Origin: Amoebophrya sp. A120
Lineage: Eukaryota; Protista; Dinoflagellata
Length of the DNA stretch: 64,000 bases
Assembly (NCBI GenBank): GCA_905178155.1
Contig: CAJINV010000007.1
Coordinates: 1,519,341 to 1,583,340, forward strand
Direction: 5' to 3'
The notes under the pieces are model-generated. The model did no database searches. It was not told the DNA's origin and saw only the letters and a program-made list of their open reading frames with translations. The stretch's first letter is position 1; the number at the start of each line of letters is the position of its first letter. The position numbers were made by a program, and so were the translations under genes. Below, one piece after another: positions 11,577-23,100 of the stretch.

Positions 11577-14281
11577 ATGAGGGGTCTCCGCGTGAATATG
11601 GGGAGGGGGGATTTTTGTCGCAATACCCGGGCAAAACTAGTGCCGCTGACTTTAATTACCGGGTATTCCACTTATATGACCATGGTCATTGCAGCAGCTG
11701 CACCACCAGCAGAATTGGGTGAAATTGGCCGAGGACATGTTGACTTGCGGAAAGTCGCCGACATGATCATGAGTGAACACGTACTAGAACGAACTTGCCT
11801 AGCCGGTGCCGAAAGCGAGGCAAAAAATCTGCTATCCCTAGAACCAGGGAGTCAGAATGTTCCCTCGTGGAAACAAGAACTCGGGCAATTTCTCCGAGCG
11901 GTCGAACCCGATGCACATGTTGAGAAGAAGGCGGAGCTGCAAATGCCTCACCGCGCTGCACTACCTCCAAACGTGGTGGGGTCGTCACCTTCGTCCTCCT
12001 CGGCCGCAGCCGCGTCGTCTGCTGGGGATTCACTGCGACCACACGAAACACCGATCCCTGATGCTGATGGGCTCTCTCTTTCCGAACCATGGAGAACGGC
12101 CGAGCCGGTCGCTCCCGGAGCGCCAGGCTCGGGTCTCCCCGCAGCAGTAGCCCCGCTTCCATCTTTCGTGGCAGGAGCGGCAGGACGGCGACCTGCAGGA
12201 AGAGCAACACCAGGAGCCGGAGGGCCAGCTGGGCCGCCTCAAGAATCGCAGCGGCTTCTCCTGCAGCAACGCGGCCAGGAGCCTTCCCCTTCGCACATCC
12301 CAACCAACCGCGCAATCGGCGGAATAAACTCACGCAACGAGGCGCAAGGGGGCCGTGAAACGCAAGGGGTGGCACCGGGGGAACTTGGCAGTGCAGGCGC
12401 GAATGGGCGGAAAGCCGGTGGCGGGTGCTGCGATAGTTTTCTCGAGCACAAGCCGGCAGTTTCCAAAGAGGGACAAGATACGAAGAAAAAGCTTCAGCAG
12501 GGAAGAGACCCGGATGGGGATGATGAGTTTCTCGAACACATGGATGACCCAGACGACGAAAGACTCGACCAAAATCAAGACTTTCGAGAACTGGAACGAA
12601 ACACGACCGAGGAGCCGTCCGCGTTTGCTTCCAGCTTTTTAGCTGCTGGGTTGTGCCCTTCGTCGCCGGTGGAAGAACCGGAACCCCCTGCCCCTCCAAC
12701 ACCGCGCCAGCCTCGCCCAGTAGTTGTAGTAATACGAGCTGTAGCCGATAAGTACGACGATGAACTTGAGCAGGTCGCCAAGACGGAACTCGACGATGAT
12801 TTTTTGACTGCGGTGCAAGTCCTTGGATGGAATACAGCTATCTCAACTCATCCGAAAAATCTCAGCGTTGACATTTCAACCCCCAACGCTGGGGAATTTA
12901 TCTCAACTGCCGGCACCTCGGTGCCTCCAGCTGCATTGGTTTAGGGCTTCGGGCTTGGGTTTGGGGTTTAGGGTCGTCGCCGGCCGGCGGCGGCTGCCCG
13001 CCCGCAGAGTCTCTTCTCGCCCCCTCTTCTTGTGCGCGCCCTGTGGCCTTTGTTTTTTGGCCGTGCACGCGTCCGCACCTCCGCGCCCGCGCTTGTCTGG
13101 CGTTTCTTCCCGCCGACCCATTCGCCATCCCACGGCAATTGCTCATGATGATGATCCGCATGCGTGACGTGGGTCGTTGAGATTAATTTTTGGGAGTGGT
13201 TGAGGCCCTCGGGGTCGTTGGGATCGAAGCGTTGAGATAAAAGAATTGAGATTCCTGTATGCCATCCCAACTCCTTGATTCCGTCTGTCGACGAAAATTG
13301 CTGCAATTGACTCACGATCGGCAAGGAAACTTGCTGAAGCCTGAAGATGGAGAAACGACGCTCGAAGCCTACTTCCCGACGCTGTTTGAATTTCTCCGCC
13401 ACGAGGACACTAGATCGATTTTTCGATTGACTGGCCAGCTGTTCGCGGAGGCGGAGAGAGGCGGAGAGGCGGATGCAGCTGCAGCTGCGATGCGCAGAAA
13501 TGCAGGGAAGGAAGCGCAAGGACATGAAGAAGTTGATGGGATGAAGTTCCAAAATACTTTACAAAAAGTGTTTGAAAAGCTCGACCCGCTGTCGCCAAAT
13601 ATGAGACAAGATGATTGCGAATCGCAGGTGTGGCCCTTGTTTTTAGAAAAAGATATGCGCGGGAAAGGCAACGGCGCGTATCAAACTAACTGGATCGGCC
13701 GCCTGTGTGTCGCGGCTACAACGTTCGCTGCGAAGCTGCAAGAGGCGCCCAGCATGGAGGACAGCGTCGCCGGCATCGGTGATTTTCTGCGGAGTAGTGA
13801 TGGCAGAATCCTGTTTCGAAGCTACGGCTTGCCGTATTTCAATGACAAGTGTGGAAAGGATCTTGGCGAGGAAACCAATGGTGGAGCAAGCGACTATGTT
13901 GACTGTCCGCTTCGGGAACTTGGTGTCCGCAATTCGAGAGTTATGGTGCTGTATACCATGGCACAAATGATCATCCGCGTACTAATACGGCTGCAGGTGC
14001 AGAAGCACGCGGAAATCGTCGAAGAATGCAACCACGACCGCGACCTCGCCAGACAACTTGCAACCGAATCCTTTTATCGTGCCTTCACAGCGGCCACTAC
14101 CCCGTCTTTGGGTTCCGAAGAGCCGGTCCGCCGGCAGTTGAGATGGCTCTTAGCTGCGAGAAACGATGCGCTTAAACAAAAAGACGCTCAGTCCAAAAAT
14201 GAAGACCAGACAGCAGGAACGACCCCTACCACCCCCTTTCGCGTTGAAGACGGTTATCTGGGCCAGCTGCTCGGTTTCTGA
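11577..14281 (+). CDS. Putative secreted protein (~750 aa), paralog of the upstream gene; exons ~11577..12818, 13271..14281
   Basis: Two ORFs joined in frame by removing 452 bp between the 9-bp repeats (TAVQ-LLDSVCRRK). N-terminal hydrophobic stretch; SFLE/EFLE motifs. Confidence 0.7.
12825..13267. mobile_element. Atypical MITE-like intronic element with 9-bp direct repeat
   Basis: Imperfect TIR GGATGGAATACAGCTATCTCAA / TTGAGATTCCTGTATGCCATCC; DR CAAGTCCTT (12816-12824) / CAACTCCTT (13268-13276); subterminal TCTCAAC/GTTGAGA repeats. Confidence 0.75.
12938..12973 (+). repeat. Degenerate telomere-like (TTTAGGG)n array
   Basis: TTTAGGG CTTCGGG CTTGGG TTTGGGG TTTAGGG. Confidence 0.6.
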
Positions 14282-14504
14282 GATGTGTAGTCTCATTCCC
14301 ATTGTCACCGTAACAGAGTAGTCAGTCATTAATTATGCTTTGACCATGTATGATCATTTCACTTTGATTTCAGTAATTAAAATTAGTTCACTCAATGTTA
14401 GGATGTTAGGAATTTTCATTTCAGTAAGAACGCAGTAGTTGAGGGTTTATGTTTAGGATGTTTAACTTTCGTAGATTTCTTTACTTCAGCAATCAGCCCC
14501 CTCT

Positions 14505-14690
14505 TGTTCATTTTTTTATTTCTTTTTTTATTTTTTATCTTTTCGCCCTTTTTCTTTTCGTTTTTCATTTTTTCCCCCCCATTTATTTTTTTTTTCGCCT
14601 TTTTTTGCTTTGGTTTTTCCTTTTCGTTCCCCTTTTTTTTTCTTATTTTATTTCGTGCTCACTGCTTTTTTTTTCCTATTTCTTTTATTG
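14505..14690 (+). repeat. T-rich low-complexity tract
   Basis: ~185 bp of T runs interrupted by one to a few C/A/G bases. Confidence 0.85.
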
Positions 14691-16050
14691 GCAATCTAGC
14701 TCAATTGCAATTTTTCAGTTTCACTTCCAGGAGCGTTCTCCGGGCTATTTCCGCTTTGGGCTGGGCACGTGTGCAGTGGGGTGACACCACCAGAGCATCG
14801 ACGCTTGCGCTACATTGATCATACCAAAAAGCCCGCGACCGTAAATCGGAAACATAAATCCGCATGCCTATAGGGGTAAACCCCAAACCCTTTTCGAGGA
14901 CCGTGCGCCCGCATATATAGCTAACGTCTATAGCCGTAAGCCGTGGCGGGCGTGCTATGTTGTGGGACGAATAGCAGGGGCGTTGATATGGGTCGAGGCT
15001 AGGCGCTATGTGTAGTAAGCCGCTACGCCAGACGGTACTAAAGACAGGGAGGTAGATATAGATATCAAGACATGGAGATAGTCATAGTTGCCCATAGGGG
15101 GCGATAATCGGGATCAAGGTAAACGCGGAGACTGGGAACGCCCTATGCCGACGGGTTTTGCAAACCCCCGCGTGAAAAACCCAGCGGGAAACACGACCGA
15201 AACCCCAGCCATAGATGCATGGCGCGGAAAACATACAAAAATGAACCGTGCCGGGTGCCCCCGCGGCGAACTTTTTACTTTCGCGCGCTACTGCCCCCCG
15301 AAATAAATGATCTCCTGCTCTCAGGTACTAGCCATAGGGTGCGACCAAGGAAGCCAAACGCCAATAATAGAAACTGCGCATCCTGAAGATAGAGAGCGTA
15401 TATTAAGCCCGTAGACCGCGGGCGATAAAGAAACAACTTTTCAAAACTACACCGGATGCGTGTGCAGTTTCCGCCGATGGTGAACGGCTGGCCACAACAT
15501 ATATAAAAGGCTTTGCGGTCATCTATAAAACTATCGCTAAGTGGTCTCCCATGGGTCGGGGGCGGTTGAACCCACGATGAGAGGGGGCGGGGACCGTTGA
15601 GCCCAGATTGTTTTCTTCGCCGCGACAAAGTAAGGCGGAAAAAAAGACAGCTGCCCCTGCAAGGACGCGGGATGCGCGGGCTAGCGCTAAGAAAGCAGGC
15701 CAGGTAAATAAACAGCAACACTATACGACAACGGACATAAAAGGGTAGAGACCTAAATCTACATGGGAATACGGGAGCAGATGGGAAGACCGATTTTTTT
15801 TTAAAGGAGGAGGGGCGTACGAATTCACGACGAAGCTCCTGAAGACAACGAACGAAGGGCCACGCACGTGCACGAACCGACACGGCGCAGTAAGCCGCTG
15901 CGCTACATGCCATTTTTTCTTGGCCCTTTTTGGCCGGGCTAGCCAGGCTACGGGTACGGAATTATTATTGCTACCACGTCGCATGAAAAAGCTTTTCTGT
16001 TGTGTTCCAAAATCATTGCGTTTCTCTTTGTCAGGGCAAAGCGCCGTGAC

Positions 16051-16300
16051 TTTTGAAAACGAAAGAGTACGAACCCTGTTGCTTTTCGTCCCGGTTTCTG
16101 TTTCACCAAAAGATTTTCAGTTCGATTGCCCAACATTTCAATGCAAGACAGTGTGTTCTCCCGCCCGTTTGTTTTCTATTGTCCGGGAAAAGAATTGTCT
16201 TTCTGTTTCTGTGGCTTGACGCGTCGCCCCCGGACTCGTCGCGTGTATCGCCTGCTTTTGAGCCTGATGGAGTTCTGCAATATTGTGACCGCCGCGCTTT
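16051..16300. repeat. Non-coding module, diverged copy 2
   Basis: Matches 7771-8040 at 16051-16072 and 16124-16145, with weaker blocks downstream. Confidence 0.7.
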
Positions 16301-16987
16301 GATTTTATTGCTTGGCTTTTTGTCAATGTATGTCACTTCCTTTTCGCGTAGCTTTGCTAAAACTCAACCTCAAGCCAAAATCAAAGAAAATTTATTACAT
16401 ACAGAAATCACAGGAGCAGCAATTGCAACTCGCGCTCAAATCGTCCTAGATGAAAAACAGCCGAAATAAACGCAACTCGTGATCGTGCAACACATTCGTC
16501 CAGATCTATGTTGTAAGCGTTTCCGTAACGTTCGTGGGGTCAGGTCACCCGATTGCGCCTTTTGTCGTTCCATTGTGGTGCCGTCGTGCATGTCGCTAAT
16601 AATCGTTATCGTCTTCTGAGCTTACTATAAAACCGCCACGGAAGATGAAAGCATAAGCAAGAACGTGAACGCTGTGAAAAAATCCTAACAGGCTACTTTA
16701 TGTTGCAAGTAATCTGGTGGTAGGGGTTGGAACATGTAGTGAGACCACTTGCCCCCGTAGTTCATTGTGACGCATGTTCTTTGTGCTTAAACTACATGAA
16801 GTTTGACTAAAAGTAAAAGTACGCCTACGCCAATCTACCTTCCTATGAATGTTGTATGTCCTGAGACATTTTTTTTTCGTGTACGTCATATTGGTGAGAC
16901 TAACTACTTCTATATCTGATTCGCTTTCTTTTACTGCTGCTCCTGGTTCATCTGTCACTCTTTCTCCTACTGTATTCGAGACGAGGA

Positions 16988-17060
16988 GTAAGTCCTGACC
17001 CTGAAGACGCTCGCCTCTTTCGGCTGATTTTCATTTTCATTTTCTGCATTTGTTTTGTAG
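16988..17060 (+). other. Probable 5'-UTR GT-AG intron
   Basis: GTAAGT donor, polypyrimidine tract, TTTGTAG acceptor just upstream of ATG 17109. Confidence 0.55.
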
Positions 17061-17108
17061 TTGTACCGGTCGGAGATCTACTTCATCAAACTTCAGCACA
17101 CGACTACC

Positions 17109-20100
17109 ATGATCTCCTCTTCCAAGCCCAAGACGATGCTCCCGGTGAAGCGCAAATTTCAGGGCGACGTTCTGTCGGAAGATACCCTGTTTTGTCCCGA
17201 ACTTTTGTTCGACCGAAAGCGGAGGCGCAACGAGAGCACAGCGGGGTTCGTGTCAATTCCCTCCAGCCCGGTGCGACCCTCCAGCTCCTCGTCTTCTTCG
17301 TCCAGCCAGAATCGAACCCTGGAACACCAGGTGGACCTGCTAGCCGCGAACGTGGAGGCGCACCAGGAGAAGATTCCGCTCCTGGGTGGTGTTCTTGACA
17401 CCAGCGAGGACGAGGATTCCATTCCGGACGAGACCAGCAACGGGTCGATTTGTAGTTCTATCGCTAGTGCTAGCCGCAAGCGGAACAAGAATAAATCTTC
17501 CGCACTAGCAGGTGCGGGTGTTGTGTCCACTTCCCTATCCCTGTCCCCCGACACGAGGCAGCGGCACATGCTCCGGGTCGCGCCGCCGGCCAAAAAGAAG
17601 TCGGACGAGGTGGGCATGGTGTTCGGCTCCTCGCGGTTCCAGCTGGCCATGAAGTCCACCACGGTGTTCCGCCTCTCGAGTCCCGATATCGACTTGCGAA
17701 CCAGGCGAAAGGAGAGAAAAGCCTTTTTGAAGTCCCTGACTACGGAGCTGCCGACCAGATACGGCGAGCAACAGGAAACAATAAATCCAGCGGTAGAGCA
17801 CCATAGTACAACGTTGTGCCCCCTCGTGTCGCCGTCCCCGTCGCCGCCGCCGGAATTCCCGCTAGATCGAGTGCTGATATCATCATCTTCGCCCGATGTT
17901 GAAATCGTGAACAACTCGAAAAGTTGTAGCCCGCCGCCGAGCTCGACCGCATCGTTCGACGCTTATTTTCCTCAGCACAAAAATACTGATCAGCAGCATC
18001 AGCTCGATAGCATGATTCCCTCCATGGTGAGCAACAGAGTTGTTCTTGCGGGTTCGTCGTCTACTTCGAGTGCTGCTTCGCCCTCGTCCTTGGGCCCCTT
18101 CGGTTTCATGGCCGCGAGAAGCACATCTAGTCCAGCAGGACAACACTCTACTGCTGGGGTCGATTCTGCGGTTTCGAGCCCAAACGTGCGGAAAGAAACG
18201 AGGGGCTTTCAAGCTTTCGCCTTCGTCCCGATGGCGGCCAGCAGTTGCACAGCCGCTGCATCTACTTCCGGTTCATCTTCCTCGACCACTTCATCTACTT
18301 TCGGCCCGGCCTCTTCTGGAAATAAAACAACTTCCGACATGGCCTGCAGCACGATAGAAGAAGACCAGTGCGGGACGATCAACAACTTCGTTTCCACTTG
18401 CGGGACGATAGGAAGCCCGCTGCTAGAAACCAGAACGGCTGACGTGTTGAATATTAACCGAGCAACTGCTGCTGATTTTTCCGCAATGGTAGTAAACGGC
18501 TCAAAGGACGACGAGAACGATCGGGCTCAGAGAGGAACGGGAGAGCAAGCACAAACTGTTAACAGATCGAAAGATGATCAACAAAGCGACGCGCCGCTCA
18601 TCTTCTACGCCTCGCCGACCCCGGTGTCAGCGGCACCAGCGCCCTTCTTCTTCGACGGTTGCGAGATGAGCTTGGGAGCTAGTCGTTGTAGTTCTAATCA
18701 GAATATGATTCAGGCGGATCGCTTTCATCATGAGGACCGTGACTTGTCTGCGAAGAGAACTTCAATGATGTACTCCGCAGCTCCTGCGCCGTCTACAACT
18801 TCCAGGACCTCTCCTCCTGTCGTGCAACAGCGCGGGCGTCGCCCGACAGCACCTGCTGTAGCGACGTCAACCTCAACGTCGACCTCAATATTTCGAGTTC
18901 CACCGTCCCGCGAAGAAGTAGATGACGGTGCGAACGAAAGAACGAGGAGCCGGAACCTGTCCACGGATCGCCAGGGGAACATGACCGCGTCGGAATTTTC
19001 CGACAGCGACAACAGTTCATCTTTGCTGGACATCTCCAACATGACTGCTGTTGTGCGGTCCGCGAGTAGCACACGGAACAACGACCGTGGTTTATTCCTT
19101 CGGGGCCGGTCGCCCCTGCAGTCCAGCCGAAGCTCGAAGAACGGCAGTGCTTTCTCTCTGAACACAAGCGAGGACTTGGAACGGCGCCGGGCGAACGAAA
19201 ATTTCACCAGCTTCGACCGGACGGTCAGCTCCGGGGTCAGCTCCACTTCCGGGAGTTCGTTTGACTTCAACATTGTGGACCGCGGAGGTGGTGGTGGTCC
19301 TTCAACCTCGCTAGGCTTTAATATCGCTCCTTCCTCTCCTACGGGCCCTGGTGCAGCTAGTACTCTTTTCGTCCCTGCGCGGAGCACAGAGAACAATGAC
19401 GGGGCGTTTTCTAGTTCGACCGCTACACCACCACCGGCTCGTCCTCTTGCTGGTGACAGCACTTTCATCGGCACAGATAGCAGTGGTAGAGCGGGTAGTG
19501 ACCGGAGGATCAACTTGTCATCCCTAAACAATCGCAATGTGCCGCTTGCTTCGATCGGATCGACCTCGAGCTCTTCCGCAACGTTGCCCGCATTGAACAA
19601 TGTCGTTGGAGGTGGTGGGGACGAGGAACAGGATTTATTGGTACATCACCAGCATCAGAGCGAGCAGAGCAGCAGCCGCAGGTCCTCCTCCTCAACATCC
19701 ACCCCTGGAGCGAATGCGATGGAAGACGTTGCAGTTGCGCACGAGATAAACTTTTTCAGGACCAGTGCTGCGACCACGACCAAGGAGCTGGAAAGACAGA
19801 TCAGCGGAGGCGGGGTAGAAGTTGTCCTGGGCCAAAATACTAGCAGCGCAATTGGTTCCACGAATGGATTATCTTGTAATCCAGATGGTTCTGCAACTGC
19901 ATCAGCAACCCGGAAGATGTCAAACACCGCGTTCCGCAAACGCGTGGACAGTTTGTCCGCAGCCGGTGCGGACTCCGAGCCGGAGAGTTTTACGCCCAGC
20001 ATCAGCCCGAAGAACAACCGGGGGAGTAGTTTTGTTGCGAGTACTACTAGTGGTCTTCAAGGACTACTACACGCGGCGGATAATGATAGTTTACGAACTA

Positions 20101-23100
20101 CTGGTGCAACTGCGACTTCCTCTGTTGTTCCGCAGCCGTTTTTCGCGTTTCTGGCGTACCCGGAGCAAGCGTCCTCCCCGGGTGACGATGCGGAGGAGGT
20201 GCAACTGCCAGAAGACTTGCTTTTCCAGGACACCAGTCCGGTGTCTGGAAATACGAAAACGCAAGAACAGGAGGATCCGACTGCATCCAGTCAGGTGAAT
20301 TTCTTCCTCTCAGAGCAAAATCAGCAGCTGTTCACGGTTGGACAGCAATTACTAGACAGAGCGGAAGCTGCTTTTGCTGGGAATCATCCTGTCGACCTCC
20401 GAACTGAAAGTGAGATCACGGAGTATCGGAAGCAGCTGAAGACCGTTATGTTGAAACTGCGCCGCGTCTTTCGCAAATTGAACGACGAGAAGCAAGGTAC
20501 TAGCAGCTTGAGCGGAAATAATAGAATCATCTCCGACGAACTACATGCGGTGTACGAGAAGCAGACGCGAGCCATGTACGACGCTTTACAACAGAAATTG
20601 CGGACGGTAAAAGTAGTCTTCAACAACACACCAGCTGTAGTCTCAACGGCAGTGCCTCAAGCTGTGGTTGTGGGAGAACCTGCAGATGACGAGGACGAGG
20701 AGCAAGACCAAAAGGCCCCTAGTGAAGGAGCAAACAGAAAGAGCAAGCAGGAAGTAGAGTCTCACGGGGACATTGCGGACCGAATTTGGCGCAGTCTGCA
20801 TGGCGAAGATGTTCTTGACAAGAACAATGGGAACAAGAACTACTCCACTGAAGTAGAACAACGCCGGTCGGTGGATGTTTCTGCAGGATCATTAAGGGAT
20901 GAAACTGAGTATATGCGGCCGATTTCTGAGTCCCCGGAGCCCCGCAGTCGATTGCACCAGGGCTCCGAATCCGCAGACTTGGCTTCCCGGAATTATCTGT
21001 TGTTCGAGCAGGTCGGACGGGATTCGGCCGCCGAAGCGGTGGCAGTTTCCGCGACGGAGGAAGATAGGGAGCGGATTAGCGACGGAGTAGATAAGGTAAA
21101 ATGCGACGTGTTATACCTATTGCTGCTGAGGCATTTTTGTTTTTCTGACAGATAGCCAACTGTTCGTGCTGAACTAATGCTATGGAATGGGAATCTTGTC
21201 TCTCTACTGCAACTGCATTACTAGAAAAATAGCGTACAACCAGCAAACAAAAGAACTGGTCGGACTGTTTCGGGAAGCTACACATGTGTCTCCTCGTTGT
21301 GTTACCAAGCTACAAGCTCCTTCATCTGCATGCGTTTGCGTTTGTATCGCTGATGAAAATCAACCTGTACAAAATTTGTCGAACAAAACACAGTCCGCCA
21401 TTCTCCAAACTACCGAGTTCCACGGTACGGCGCAAGTGGAACTGGAAATCAACTATCAAATGTAAAAATGTCTGGGTCTGGAAGATTCTGAGATTTGTCA
21501 TGCATGTTTTGCATGACCCAGGATGTCTGTAATGCACGGCCGCGCATCACAGATTTTGAGAGGGCTTTCTGATGCCTCCTCCGCATGACAAACGCCCTCC
21601 CCGCGTAGCACAAACTAGACTCCTCGTTTTGCTGGTCATGCAATACAGATTTTTCTAGAACCCAAAGTTAGCATCACAAGTTCCAATCTTCCAGACCCAG
21701 ACATTTTTACATTTGATATCAACGCGGATGGTACAACCGGGGCGATCATCAGTGACTGGAAATTGACACGAGACCTCACCGAAGGAACGCAAACTGCGTT
21801 AGTGTTCGATAAACAGGCTTTAGGCAGACCCAGATCCGGTACTGCAGGTGGGGGTGAAGATTCCGTGCTATCCAGGAGCATGATGGAAAACGCGATGAAC
21901 CGCACGGAGAGCACAAGGAGCAACAACTCCGCGTCGAAGCGCAGCCGTGGTCAGAAGCGATGGACGGCGAAAGACTTGGAGGACAACTTTGAGGATTTTT
22001 CAAGGGACAATATCACTTTGTCTACCACGTCCTTGCCGAACAGGAATACAACTTCACACGATAATGCTGTTGACGACTCCCCTGCTTCGCGACGCGGACA
22101 ACAAGACAGGAGTTTTAAAAGACAACTGAGCGCCCTGAACAACTCTCCGAAGGTGAAGGTTCTTGTGGGAAAAAATACCAACTATAACGATGGAAACCAC
22201 GATAGTACAGCAACAACTATTCCACCCCCTAATATTATTTCCTCAGAAAGGCAGAAGAACTACTTGAAATTGATGGATTTACGGGTGGAGCTGGAGGAAA
22301 CGCGGGAAAACGTGAAGGACCGCTACGACTCCTATCAGAATGAAAAAAGCCCCCGCCCCATATCAAATGGGAAATCTGTGACGCAGGATTTGTGTACACA
22401 AATGCGCGCTCTCTTGCAATACGGCATCGCAGCCAGATCCGCAGCCTAGGGACGGGCGTTTGAGTCTAGGCGCTTAGCATTACAAACGGCCGTCCTCTAG
22501 GCCCAACAGCATGCCAAATCGCTTCCCTACCCAGATAGCAACAAATGCTCACGCCGCAGCCGTCCCAGGAGCCTTTATTTTGTTGTTGTCTCTCGGTAGT
22601 GATCACTTTGTCCAAACTTATTCTACCTAGAGTTTGTCGAGTAAGTGGCTACCGTTTTAAGGTTTAGAGAAAGACAGGGACACCCAGCCCTTAGCTTCCC
22701 AACAAGACAGACTTGATTTGTGGTCTCAAATAAGCAATACAAATTTTCGGAAGCATGCCTTTTCGATATGGGGAGGGGGGATCTTTCCTTTCGATAACTC
22801 CGTGAAGCAGTTCGCGACGCAGAGTCCGCCCCACAGCCCGGAACGGATGAAGGCGGCGAATGAGTTGCAAGAATTGCGGGACAGTGACTTGAAGTTAAAG
22901 TTGGAGATCACCAAGGTGGACAACAAGTTGAAGGAGGCGGAAAATGTGCTGGACGACAACGAACTCTCGAAGCTGAAGAAGCAGGTCATCGAGCGAAACG
23001 GCGGAAACCTCGGGAAGCAGTTACACCCCTTTTCAGGAGGTGGAACAACTTCTGCAGGTCGTAGTTCTTCTGGTGGAGCAATTGTCTCTTCGTATAAGAA

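Noticed and set aside
14449-14818. Phe-rich ORFs that look like membrane proteins
   Set aside because: Artefact of translating the T-rich tract.
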